DNA from: Octopus bimaculoides
Lineage: Eukaryota
Reading direction: 5' to 3'
Assembly (NCBI RefSeq): GCF_001194135.2
Contig: NC_069002.1
Location: 535,958-599,957 of the forward strand
DNA: 64,000 nt
Shown here: positions 1 to 12,944 of the stretch, in pieces
Position numbering within the stretch: the first letter of the stretch is position 1
Layout: the number at the start of each line of letters is the position of its first letter
Made by a program: the position numbers and the translations under genes
Notes under the pieces: model-generated
The model's database searches: none
Told to the model about the DNA's origin: nothing
Seen by the model: only the letters and a program-made list of their open reading frames with translations

Positions 1-59
1 GTAACAATATATGGAGGATATTTAACAGCGTTCAATCAATATGGCTGTATTAGTAATGA

Positions 60-900
60 CAATGATTGTGGTGATGGTGGGAGTAGCCATGGTAGTTACA
101 CAATATGGCAGTAGTGATGGTTAGTGGGTGGGGATAGTGATGGGATAGTCGTGTTGGTGGCATTGTCAACTGCGTTGGCAGTGGTGTAATGAAGGTGGTT
201 GTGGTGGTGCTGGTGGAATAGTTACAGAATACGGTGGTGGTGGTGGTGGTGGTGGTGTTGGTAATGGTGGCGCTGATAGCTGTCCTTTATTGTTCTTCAT
301 TAGCTCGAAAGTCAATATCATCGGAGTGGACTCTGTAATCAATGACGTTTCATTCGTGACAATCCCGACAAAACTGCGTTGTCTAAAGTGCCATTTCTAT
401 TTGCAAGGACGGAAGGGTAAATTTAGCTGCTACGTCTAGCAGGTCGACGGAATACATAGAGATACCCGTCACTGATGTCGGTTCCACCGCGCTAGCGTTC
501 GATGTGACGTGGGTGGGATGGGAGTAGTGCATGAACTGAAGAAAGTGATGGTGGTGGTAGTAGTAGTGGTAACAGTAGTAATAGTATATGTCAATGGCGG
601 CGATGATTTGCGTAGTGTGGCTAGTTGTGAAGGTGTGTGTGTGTGTAGATGGAGAGAGAAGTGGAGGCGTAGGTTAGGTAATGGTACGAGTGTTAATAGT
701 TTAGGATGTAGTGACACAAGCAGTGATGAGGGTGTAGGTAGTTGTACTAAGTGGTGGCACATGTAGTCATGTGGTAGTGATAAATGTAGTAGGATTAGAA
801 GTGATCGTAGTGTAGGTAGCAGTACAAGCAGTGGTGTAGGTGGCGGTACTAGCTAGTAGTGGTGTAGACAGCGGTACTACCTGTGGTGATGGTATAGGCA
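60..900. repeat. Degenerate (GGT/GTA/GAT)n cryptic trinucleotide tract interrupted by a unique island at ~280-500
   Basis: Runs of GTGGTG, GTAGTA and GATGGT with period 3. Confidence 0.8.
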
Positions 901-1236
901 GTAGTCCTGGAAGTGGTGCTCATGTATCATGTATGCATAATTAATAGCTAGAGGATGGTCTGGTTGTTTCGTATTTTCTTTCTGTATTGCATTTGTTGGT
1001 AGCCACATAAGCGAATAAACATCAACACACAAACACACACACACACACTTGGACACATGCAGGCATACATCGTGTGTGTGTGCGTGCGTCCGTGCGTGTG
1101 TGTTTCTGTGTCAAATGTCTTTTTGCTATGCGCAGACATGAAACGGCCGACATATTAATACCAGAGTTCCTATTATTGATACTCGTTTTGTTAGTAGTAT
1201 CATCACCATAGGTGTTATTGGTTTTGTTATCATCAG

Positions 1237-1270
<34 letters not shown>

Positions 1271-1341
1271 GACAATTCCACAAACATGTGTGCGTCTGTG
1301 AGAGTGTGCATGTATATATGTATCTATCTATATATACATTA

Positions 1342-1372
<31 letters not shown>

Positions 1373-1794
1373 GCATATATAAATGCAGGCACTTACACAC
1401 AGACACATTTTATTTTGTTATCTATATATGGATAACTATAGGTATTTGCGATACACACGGACACGCAAGCACGCATGCACACAAATACACGCACGCGCGT
1501 ACGCACGCACGCAATGGCGAGACTGTTTTGGAACGTTTCTCTCTGGAGTCTATAACAATATGATTATTTCAATAGAAAAATATGCATTAATGGGTCCTTG
1601 GGGATTTGAGAGTATACAGTGTGGGGTTGATCTCATTATATCACTGGTACAAATGGCTTCCTTATCCTTGGGACATTGAACGAGAGAAATGAACAAAGTG
1701 ACCCAGCCATTATATTCCAACTGGGTTATTGACCTAGATACAGTCTTGGACATCTGAAAGACTGAGAATAACATTATTAACAACGAAAATAATC

Positions 1795-1937
1795 CTTTCT
1801 ATTATAGGCACACGGCCTGGGATTTGGCGGGAGGGTTTAAGTCGACCTCAGTACACAACTGGTACTTATTTCATCGACTCAGAAAGGATGAAAGGCAACG
1901 CCGACCTCGGCGGAATTTGAACTCAGAATGTGAAGAC
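1795..1937 (-). mobile_element. tRNA-head SINE family A, 5'-truncated copy
   Basis: The reverse complement contains TTCTGAGTTCAAATTCCGCCGAGGTCGGCGTTGCCTTTCATCCTTTCTGAGTCGATGAAATAAGTACCAGTTG, matching the copies at 15340, 27413 and 38966. Confidence 0.85.
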
Positions 1938-2419
1938 AGCTGGAATAATAACAATAGATGATGCTGGTGATGATGATGTTAATGACGTCGACCGACTGCG
2001 ATGATAACGACGATAACGATGTTGCTGTTGATGGTTGTGATGTATGCGNNNNNNNNNNNNNNNNNNNNNNNNNNNNNNNNNNNNNNNNNNNNNNNNNNNN
2101 NNNNNNNNNNNNNNNNNNNNNNNNNNNNNNNNNNNNNNNNNNNNNNNNNNNNNNNNNNNNNNNNNNNNNNNNNNNNNNNNNNNNNNNNNNNNNNNNNNNN
2201 NNNNNNNNNNNNNNNNNNNNNNNNNNNNNNNNNNNNNNNNNNNNNNNNNNNNNNNNNNNNNNNNNNNNNNNNNNNNNNNNNNNNNNNNNNNNNNNNNNNN
2301 NNNNNNNNNNNNNNNNNNNNNNNNNNNNNNNNNNNNNNNNNNNNNNNNNNNNNNNNNNNNNNNNNNNNNNNNNNNNNNNNNNNNNNNNNNNNNNNNNNNN
2401 NNNNNNNNNNNNNNNNNNN

Positions 2420-2487
<68 letters not shown>

Positions 2488-2758
2488 GCGTGTGTGTAAA
2501 TTTATAAATGTACATATAAATAATATACATACGCGTGTACATATATAAATATCCATATAGATATGTACACACACACACACACACACACACACCCATATAT
2601 ATATACATACACATTTATGTACCCAAATATGTGTATGTATGTATTTATGTACGTGTGAGTAGTCTGTATGTGTGTATGTGTGATACTGCTCTCATTTACA
2701 AACTCACACAGGCATAAAGTGTCTTTCTCACACAAACACACAATCTCTCTCTCTCTCA

Positions 2759-2807
<49 letters not shown>

Positions 2808-2879
2808 ACAATCTCACACACGTCTGTTGTTTTCGATTCTGAAAGAGATCGATACGGACGCAGCTATGAAGTTATAAAG

Positions 2880-3183
2880 TAATAATGAGAACAACAACAA
2901 CAACATCAGCAACAACAGCGAGCGACGCAGCAGCAGTGACAACAGTAACAACAACAACAGAGATAAACTGGACCACCCAGTATTACAACAACAACAAGAA
3001 TGATAACCACTCAGAAACAACAAAAAAAAATACCCACTATGAATGCTACCTAGAACAACAACAACAAGAATTTTGGACCATAACAGCCGCAATAACAAAA
3101 GTGCATCAACAACAATAACAACAACATTAATGAGATCAGCAATAGGAACATCAGCAACAATACCAACAGCAGTTGTGCTACGG

Positions 3184-3215
<32 letters not shown>

Positions 3216-4870
3216 CTGAACAACTGCATGAACATCACTAACACCTACACAATCGGCAGCACTACCACTACTCTATGACCACCACTACTACAATCATCAT
3301 CAGCACCACCACCACCACTGCCACTGCCACCACCAAATACGCCATGTCCACCCCTACTCCTACTGTAACCATTAACGACAACAACATGAATACACCCCCC
3401 CACCACCACCACCGCCAACAACAACAATAATGAGAAGCTACAATGTTTGAAATATTTATAAGTAGAGCGATGACAACAACAACAACAACTGCAACGCCAT
3501 CCACGCCGTCGTCACCGTAGCCATTAAAAAATATTGCTATGACCACTGCACCACACCACCACCACCAATACTACCGCGCCGCCATAACAACTACCACCAC
3601 CACTACTACAAACGCTACGTCCACGAACGACATTAATTCAATCACGCTCCACACCTCCACCAACAACAACGACAACATTACTACTACTACTACTACTACT
3701 ACAACAACAAAATAACCAGTGTATTATTAACCCCACCCTATCAATGCCACCACTGCTACCACAACCAACACAACAACATGACCGACACCACCAATATCAG
3801 CGACATCGGCGCCACGACCATCATCACCACCATGTCACTAGCGCCGAAACACTGCCACACTTTCATAGAGGTCGCTATAAACACCGGCATCACCGTCGTC
3901 GTAGTGTCAGTGGCACCATCATCATCATCATCATCGTCACAGCGAACATAATGCCATCGCCAACACCGACACTACAGCAATGCCACCATCAACTCCCTCG
4001 CCACTACCAACAGTATTGCCATACCACCAATACCACCAGCGTCACTATGGACAATGCTATCACAAGAACATCCGAAGCACCACGACCGCCTCACTGCAAC
4101 GAGCGCCGTTACAAGCAGAACCACGACTACCACCNNNNNNNNNNCACTGCAACGAGCGCCGTTACAAGCAGAACCACGACTACAACCACCACCACCACCA
4201 CCACCACCACCACCACCACCATCAACATCGTTATTAACTGCAACAACATCAATACAACCATCACCACAATTACGAATGACAATACAATATTAACACGACC
4301 ACCACGACGGAACCAGGACCATCAGACTAACACATCTGCCCCACCGTCACCACCACCACCGACGACACCTTTAACTAAAAACACCATTACATCGACGCCG
4401 CCGCCGCCACCATCATCACATACACTAGCAGTGGTACCACCGTCACTGCAAGCAACACCACCACCACCAGCAGCAGCAGCATTATAGCCATCACTACCTC
4501 TTCCGTAGCGAAGACCTCTCTACCTCCACCACTGCCATAAACATTCGCAGCAACAACATCACTATTTCAACCCAAACCATCATCTTAATGAAGAAAGCAC
4601 GACGCCAACGCCGCCATCATCACCATAATCATCACAGCAAACACGAGCGCAAGCACCAACAATACCGCTACACCAGCGCCGCCACACCAACGCCGCCACG
4701 CCAACGCCGCCACGCCACAAGCTCTGCACCCAGCACCACCACCACAACTACTGGCAAGTAGAAGCGCCATCACAACAAACAACAGCATCATTTTAACGAA
4801 CAAACGACCACGTCGACGCCATCAACACCACCATCGCTGCAGCCAACACCGGCAGCACCACCACCGTCAC
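2880..4870. repeat. ~2-kb degenerate (AAC/ACC/ATC/GCC)n cryptic trinucleotide tract
   Basis: Continuous period-3 C/A-rich sequence. The ORFs here are poly-Thr/His/Pro/Gln and every frame is interrupted by stops. Confidence 0.85.
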
Positions 4871-5287
4871 TTGCAGCAGTACGTGGAGGTCAAGGCATTT
4901 TCGACAACGATTGGCACATGTATTTCCGAGGTATGAGGCGTGTGTTGACGACAGTGCAGTCTTTTGATGCTGTCTCTCTTGGGAGTCGTTTCTCTCTGCC
5001 GTCGCTCTACAAATGGCGGCTTTTGAAGTTTAGCTCAACACCAAACCAATGGCGACCGGCATTGCAAAGCAATTTTCATTCGTATGTGATTAATCTATGG
5101 CTTTACAGATACCACTACCACGTCTTCCATACACTTTCTGCGTTTGTGTATGTGTGTGTATGTGTGTGTGCACAGACACACAAACACATACACACATATG
5201 TAAATGCATATACACATGTATGTATGTATGTATGTATGTATGTATATATATATATATATATATGTGCATGTGTATGGATGTGTGTGG

Positions 5288-5357
<70 letters not shown>

Positions 5358-5857
5358 GTGTGTGTGTAGGTCTCTCTGTACCCGTATGTATTTATATATA
5401 TTTGTCTGCATATGTGTGTGTTTATGTGTATAGATGTATGCGTGTGTGTGTATATATATGTACGTATGATAGCGCGTGTATATTGATATATTGGGCTTGT
5501 GTGAAGGAGTGTGTCAGAATGAGTGATAGAAATAATATGCAATATGTGTATGTGTATGTGTGTAAGTATGTGTGTATGTATGCAAGTACACTTGTGCGTG
5601 TGTGTGTGGTTGAATAGTAGTCCACTATTACATCAGTTCAATTAGTATGAGGCAATGTCTATATATTGTTGTTGGAGATGGTCTCGGTTGTTAGTGATGT
5701 TGGTTGTCGATCGAGCAGACCTACGATAAAAGCCACTCCAAATGTGACTCTCCCTTCCTCTACCTGTGTCCAGACAATCGACTTCGCCATTATCCAACGC
5801 TCTCTTTTCTGAGACACTACAATGTGATACGAGGGAGATTCAGTCGTCAGCTCGTTG

Positions 5858-5891
<34 letters not shown>

Positions 5892-7219
5892 NNNNNNNNN
5901 NNNNNNNNNNNNNNNNNNNNNNNNNNNNNNNNNNNNNNNNNNNNNNNNNNNNNNNNNNNNNNNNNNNNNNNNNNNNNNNNNNNNNNNNNNNNNNNNNNNN
6001 NNNNNNNNNNNNNNNNNNNNNNNNNNNNNNNNNNNNNNNNNNNNNNNNNNNNNNNNNNNNNNNNNNNNNNNNNNNNNNNNNNNNNNNNNNNNNNNNNNNN
6101 NNNNNNNNNNNNNNNNNNNNNNNNNNNNNNNNNNNNNNNNNNNNNNNNNNNNNNNNNNNNNNNNNNNNNNNNNNNNNNNNNNNNNNNNNNNNNNNNNNNN
6201 NNNNNNNNNNNNNNNNNNNNNNNNNNNNNNNNNNNNNNNNNNNNNNNNNNNNNNNNNNNNNNNNNNNNNNNNNNNNNNNNNNNNNNNNNNNNNNNNNNNN
6301 NNNNNNNNNNNNNNNNNNNNNNNNNNNNNNNNNNNNNNNNNNNNNNNNNNNNNNNNNNNNNNNNNNNNNNNNNATATATATATATATATATATATGATTG
6401 TGTGCGTGAGTATGCGTATATGTGATTGCTTGTGTGTGTTTGTGTGTGTTTGTGTATTATGATTATGTTTGTGCTTGTTTTTGCATGAGTTCGATACGAC
6501 ACGACAATATGGCAGCCAACATGGAGAAATGAATAGAATTGAGAAGGAAGAAAAGAGAAGGTGGAGGGAAAAGGGGGAAAGAGCCGAAGAGAGAGAGAGG
6601 GAGTTAATGTAGTGTATCTCTCTCTCCTCTCTCTCCCTCTCATACATACATATATATATTTGAAAGAAACAGAGTGAGTGAGAGAGTGTGTGTCATAGTG
6701 AAACTAGCGTAAGCAAGAGAGATATGAAGTTATGCATAGCGGAAGTGCGAAGAGGAGGAGGGGAAAGAAAGGCGTAAGAGGAAGGAAATGATTAGGCAGG
6801 CAAAAACATGAGAAAAAGGGGAAAAAACGAAAACAAAACATGGCGGAATTAAAGTAATAAAGGAGAAGCTGCAAAATGATACAAATGAGAGAGAGGGAGG
6901 GAGGGAGAGAGAGAGAAAGAGAGAGAGACAGACAGACAGACAGAGGGAGGAGGGAGAGCACAAGGAGCGCAAGGAGGAGGGGGAAACGCGGTAATTTGAA
7001 AAAAGGAAATGATATTAGTGTTAACGGAAGTTACGGCGGAAAGATCTCGTTGCTTTTGTTGTGAGGAAGAACAAACGATTTGTTACTACGAGAAGCGACT
7101 TGGTAACAAATCACTTAGCATTCTCTTTCCTCATCTCCACTCGCTCTCCTCACACTCTCTCTCTCTTTCTCCCTTTCCATGTATCTATCTCTCTTTTGTA
7201 CCTTGCATCACATTATTTC

Positions 7220-7251
<32 letters not shown>

Positions 7252-7529
7252 ACTTCTCTCCCTTTCATATAAACACAGATATAAGTACAAGGAAAGGGAA
7301 AAAAACGAAATACACATAAATAGTATAACAATCTCGCATGAACACGTTTAATCAAACCGTTCAGAGGTATGCGGAATAATTAAACAGATTGTGTGTGTGT
7401 GGGTATATATAGATGTAAACATGAAAACAGACACACACACACACATATATAGGCAGAGAGCGGGAGAGAGAGAGGGGAGAGATCGGTATATATAAATGTT
7501 TATCTCTATACACATGTATATGTGCATAG

Positions 7530-7635
7530 GCTTTTCATTCTTTTATGTTTCTATCATCGAGCAGCGGCCTTGCTGGAGCACCACCTTCAAGGGGGTTTCA
7601 CTTGACCATAGAACAATCGAAATACTTATTCTTTT
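7530..7635. mobile_element. Interspersed repeat family C fragment
   Basis: CAGCGGCCTTGCTGGAGCACC...TACTTATTC shares GCGG.C.TGCTGGAGCA with 15604-15690. Confidence 0.55.
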
Positions 7636-7946
7636 AAAAATGTGATGCTTGTTTTATTGAAATTTATTTATGGAAATGTTAATTTGGAGCACGTAAAGGA
7701 ACCCAGTATAAACATGGACATAAGCACAAACACAGAGACACAGAAAAGCGGGGGGAAAGTAAGGGGGAGGTGGAGTGGGGTGGGAAGGGGAAAGATCTGC
7801 ATAGAACCTGACATTGTATTCTCTATCCGTTCATAACAAACTTGTACAACCGGAAGTTATGCTTGAAGACACTAGCATCGTGGTATCGAACCTGGGACAA
7901 CGTGGATATTTGGAGCTAAGTTCTAGACCGCACATTCATGGCTTAG

Positions 7947-7977
<31 letters not shown>

Positions 7978-8544
7978 TTAAAAATTGTAACACCATTCAT
8001 TATCAGTAATCCTGAAATGTGTGTGTTTAAAATCATATATACATGCCTACATAGAGACGTACAAAGACACGTCAGCAGGATAGATCTGACAAGATTAGTA
8101 AAAAAGAGAACAAAAAAACGAAGAAACAAACCAAAAACTGAGAACAAAAAAAAGCTCAAAAAACAAACGAAAGTAACAGCAAATCAAAATGGCGGCAAAA
8201 TGTCGACGTTTAACGATAAAGTATGCTGTGTCCATGTTGTTGAGAAACATGGCGGCTTGATTGGAAATTTGTCAATGATGTTGTTTCATTGAATGAGCAA
8301 ATCTGCTCTGGTAATATTGTGTGTGTTTTTAGCGTAAAGATGTGATTGACCTGCCTTTTTGCAGATGTCGAGGCAACGCACCATTGAGAGACATTACTAA
8401 CAGCAAGACGAACATAGTCAAGTATAACATGCAGTTTCTGGGAAAAGGGTTGGTGGTCGTTAGAGACGAACAACGTTCACCGCAACCAGGACTAAATATA
8501 AATTCAGGCAGCATATTAGATATATATATATAATGTTTATAATA

Positions 8545-8680
8545 ATAATGGCACAAGGCCGGCAATTCTTGTGGGAAGGGATTAATCGCATACATCGACA
8601 CCACTTCCCTCACCTGCTGCTTATTTTATCGATCCAAAAGAGATGAAAGGTAAAGTCAACCGCGGTGGCATTTCAATGCA
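8545..8680 (-). mobile_element. SINE family A, degenerate 3' half
   Basis: GGCACAAGGCCGGCAATT...TTTTATCGATCC...GATGAAAGGTAAAGTCAACC aligns by eye to the reverse complement of the family 3' half. Confidence 0.7.
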
Positions 8681-8731
8681 GCTGGACAGACATTTCCCCC
8701 CGTGTCCTAACGATTCCCACATTTCACCACC

Positions 8732-8767
<36 letters not shown>

Positions 8768-8777
8768 TAATAATGAT

Positions 8778-8977
8778 TCTAAATTTTGGTAGAAGGGCAG
8801 TAATTTTGAGGAGGGGTAAGTTGATTACATCGACCCCAGTGTTTAACTGTTATTTATTTTATCGACCCTAAAAAGATGAAGTCAACATCAGTGGAATTTG
8901 AACTTAGAACGTAAAGATGGACGAAAGGGCGCCAAGCATATTGCCTTGCATGCTAAACATTCTGCCAGACCGCCGTC
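8778..8977 (-). mobile_element. SINE family A, near full-length
   Basis: The minus strand starts GACGGCGGTCTGGCAGAATGTTTAGC (A-box-like), carries GTTCTAAGTTCAAATTCC (B-box-like) and GGGGTCGATGTAATC, and is flanked by (AAT)n. Confidence 0.85.
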
Positions 8978-9063
8978 TTTAATAATAATAATAATAGTAA
9001 TAATAATAATAATTAGAAGAAGAAGGAGTAACAAGAGGAGTTGGAGAATGATACGTTTTAATA

Positions 9064-9100
9064 TTGGTACGAGGCCAGCAATTTTGAGGGGAGGGGACAA
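9064..9100 (-). mobile_element. SINE family A, 3' tail fragment
   Basis: TGGTACGAGGCCAGCAATTTTGAGGGGAGGGG matches the reverse complement of the family tail (CCCCTCCC..AAATTGCTGGCCTTGTGCC). Confidence 0.6.
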
Positions 9101-9265
9101 GTATTTATCTAATAGTAATAATGATGTAAAAAAAATACATAAATGTTAGCATGAGCAAGAGCAGCAACGGGAATAATAAATAACAGATTAATAACGCAAT
9201 AATCACAATTGATCCTTTATATTCGACATTATTGCGTCCACTGGAAAACCATAAGTTTATCTCCA

Positions 9266-9302
<37 letters not shown>

Positions 9303-9926
9303 TGCATATTCTGCATTTGTTCTCTCTTTTATATATATATATATTTACTGTTGCTGGTTTGTTAACCAGTTTTGTCTTTCTATGAGGAACACAATAAAAT
9401 GTGTAAGAAAAGTACACACACACGTACNNNNNNNNNNATATATATATATATATATGGTAATAAATATTTGATATATACAGACATATTCAAATGTATATTT
9501 TGATGTATATCACGACACCCGACTTTTAAACTGACGCGTCGGCCATATTCTTTTACACGTGTTGTCATTGTCATGTTATTATTGCCAATCAATCAAGCAC
9601 AAATCAATCAATAAATCGACAGATCGATCATGGTGTGGAGTAAATCAATCAGTTGGGAAGAGAAGCAGATAACGGTTGGAGATAATCAATCTATCTATCT
9701 ATCTGTCTGTCTGTCTGTCTAACCCTCTGTCTGCTTGTTGGCCTCTCTCCATTTCTGTGTATCCGTGTATATATACATACACACACACATATATGCATAT
9801 ATATATATATATATATATATGTGTTATCAGCATATCTGTTAAAATGTTTACATCACGTATATATGTATCCATGTATACATATACACACATATATAATATA
9901 TTTCACTTAATATATGTGTAAATACG

Positions 9927-9964
<38 letters not shown>

Positions 9965-10820
9965 CATATATANNNNNNNNNNNNNNNNNNNNNNNNNNNN
10001 NNNNNNNNNNNNNNNNNNNNNNNNNNNNNNNNNNNNNNNNNNNNNNNNNNNNNNNNNNNNNNNNNNNNNNNNNNNNNNNNNNNNNNNNNNNNNNNNNNNN
10101 NNNNNNNNNNNNNNNNNNNNNNNNNNNNNNNNNNNNNNNNNNNNNNNNNNNNNNNNNNNNNNNNNNNNNNNNNNNNNNNNNNNNNNNNNNNNNNNNNNNN
10201 NNNNNNNNNNNNNNNNNNNNNNNNNNNNNNNNNNNNNNNNNNNNNNNNNNNNNNNNNNNNNNNNNNNNNNNNNNNNNNNNNNNNNNNNNNNNNNNNNNNN
10301 NNNNNNNNNNNNNNNNNNNNNNNNNNNNNNNNNNNNNNNNNNNNNNNNNNNNNNNNNNNNNNNNNNNNNNNNNNNNNNNNNNNNNNNNNNNNNNNNNNNN
10401 NNNNNNNNNNNNNNNNNNNNNNNNNNNNNNNNNNNNNNNNNNNNNNNNNNNNNNNNNNNNNNNNNNNNNNNNNNNNNNNNNNNNNNNNNNNNNNNNNNNN
10501 NNNNNNNNNNNNNNNNNNNNNNNNNNNNNNNNNNNNNNNNNNNNNNNNNNNNNNNNNNNNNNNNNNNNNNNNNNNNNNNNNNNNNNNNNNNNNNNNNNNN
10601 NNNNNNNNNNNNNNNNNNNNNNNNNNNNNNNNNNNNNNNNNNNNNNNNNNNNNNNNNNNNNNNNNNNNNNNNNNNNNNNNNNNNNNNNNNNNNNNNNNNN
10701 NNNNNNNNNNNNNNNNNNNNNNNNNNNNNNNNNNNNNNNNNNNNNNNNNNNNNNNNNNNNNNNNNNNNNNNNNNNNNNNNNNNNNNNNNNNNNNNNNNNN
10801 NNNNNNNNNNNNNNNNNNNN

Positions 10821-10867
<47 letters not shown>

Positions 10868-11120
10868 ATACATGTATGTATGTATATACATATATGGATA
10901 GATATAGATAGATATAGATATTTATTTGCAAGTCAAATGACGATTACTTAAAATCGCTGTAAATTAAGAAGATTAGTCGGCCATTTTGTACGTACATCGG
11001 AGCGTGCTCTATAATAGAGAGAGAGTGAGAGAGTGAGAGAGAGAGAGAGAAACACACACATACAGAAACATATAGCATCCCATATTTCTATACACTCACA
11101 TATGCACATATATACATACA

Positions 11121-11155
<35 letters not shown>

Positions 11156-11272
11156 TATATATTATACAATACATGTGTGTGTATGTGTGTATGGACACTC
11201 ATTCTCACAAACGCACGTATTCATAGATGTAGTGCAAAAAGAGAATTACCCATGAGCAGAGAGAGGAGTGAT

Positions 11273-11320
<48 letters not shown>

Positions 11321-11698
11321 NNNNNNNNNNGAGAGAGAGAGAGTGAGAGGGAGAGGCAGACATTTATACAGACATACAGATAACTATGTAGATGTGGAGC
11401 TAAAAAAAAAAAAACGAATAAATAATTCATATAAATATATTGAATATTAATCGAAATCTAAGTTAAAGCTGTACTGAGTTTTCACTAATCTATTTGTGTA
11501 TGAAATTTAAAATTTCTTAATGACTCTGTGAATGTATGTATGTATGTATGTACGTATGTATGTACGTATTATGTATTCACGTGTGTATGAATGTGTGTAC
11601 GCACCATATGTATTATATATATTATACATATATTTATAATACACATACAATACATGCATATACACATAATGCTCATATATATATATGATATAAGCATG

Positions 11699-11740
<42 letters not shown>

Positions 11741-11792
11741 TATATATTCATATGTAAGTATTTAAGTGCATTTGGATATTCAAGTACCTAGT

Positions 11793-11874
<82 letters not shown>

Positions 11875-12329
11875 AAGAGAGAGAGAAAGAGAGGGAGAAA
11901 CGGGCTGACACAGACAGAGTTTATTTCGGTCCATATTTATTTATAGAAGCAATTATGTAAGTAGGCACATTTCGTCACAGAAAGCAGCGGGGTTATGATA
12001 AAAATGGCGACTGTTTCATTCGCTCATTGTGCTGACATTAAGTGGTCGATCTATGTATACACCGCTGCATTTCTCTCTTTGCCTATAACCCCACCTCACA
12101 TATGATTTTGACAACTTCCTCTTCAGGAAATGGACTGCGCTTATTGTAATGTCTCTGGGTGACTGTTTACTGGTTGCATACACAAGAACGTTTGCTCATT
12201 CCATCTGGAAATTATGAACATGACAATTATTACGTAACTACGAACTTCCTGAAACAGCTGTCGAGTTAAGGAATTATATACTCTCTTGTAAGTATACTGT
12301 AACTTTTATGCTCAATACAAACATATTTG

Positions 12330-12374
<45 letters not shown>

Positions 12375-12820
12375 GCACATATATATATAAATGTGTGTGT
12401 GTGTAAGTGTGCGTGTGTGTGTGTGTGTAAAATCCAGAAGAAGAAGAAGAAGAAGAAAAAGAAGAAGAAGAAGCTTCATTCTGTTATGAAGGAGAGCAAA
12501 AAATTTGCTAGTGAGTTTATGCCTTATGCCCAGGTTGAGCAGCATAATATCCTTGTAGATGCCCCTGTCCCGTTTCATTTATTTCGCGTACTTGGTCATT
12601 GGCACAGGATGACTTAGAAGTTAGGCAAACAAAATTTTATATATGAAGGTAATACTTTTTGTTAACAGTTTATCGTCAACGTATATATGTGTGTAAGCAC
12701 ATATGATTACATTTATACACATACACACACATAATGTGTGTATGTATAAATATGTGAGGCAGAAAAAAAGTGGTTCTAGTAATACGTTCAAAGACATAAG
12801 CACTCACCACGCATACATAC

Positions 12821-12851
<31 letters not shown>

Positions 12852-12911
12852 NNNNNNNNNNNNNNNNNNNNNNNNNNNNNNNNNNNNNNNNNNNNNNNNN
12901 NNNNNNNNNNN

Positions 12912-12944
<33 letters not shown>

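Noticed and set aside
4092-4183. 39-bp direct repeat
   Set aside because: Identical copies sit either side of a 10-N gap, which indicates an unmerged contig overlap.
8342-8533. D-box-like peptide APLRDITN after an acceptor TTTTTGCAG
   Set aside because: A short motif expected by chance, with no good donor and no other supporting exons.
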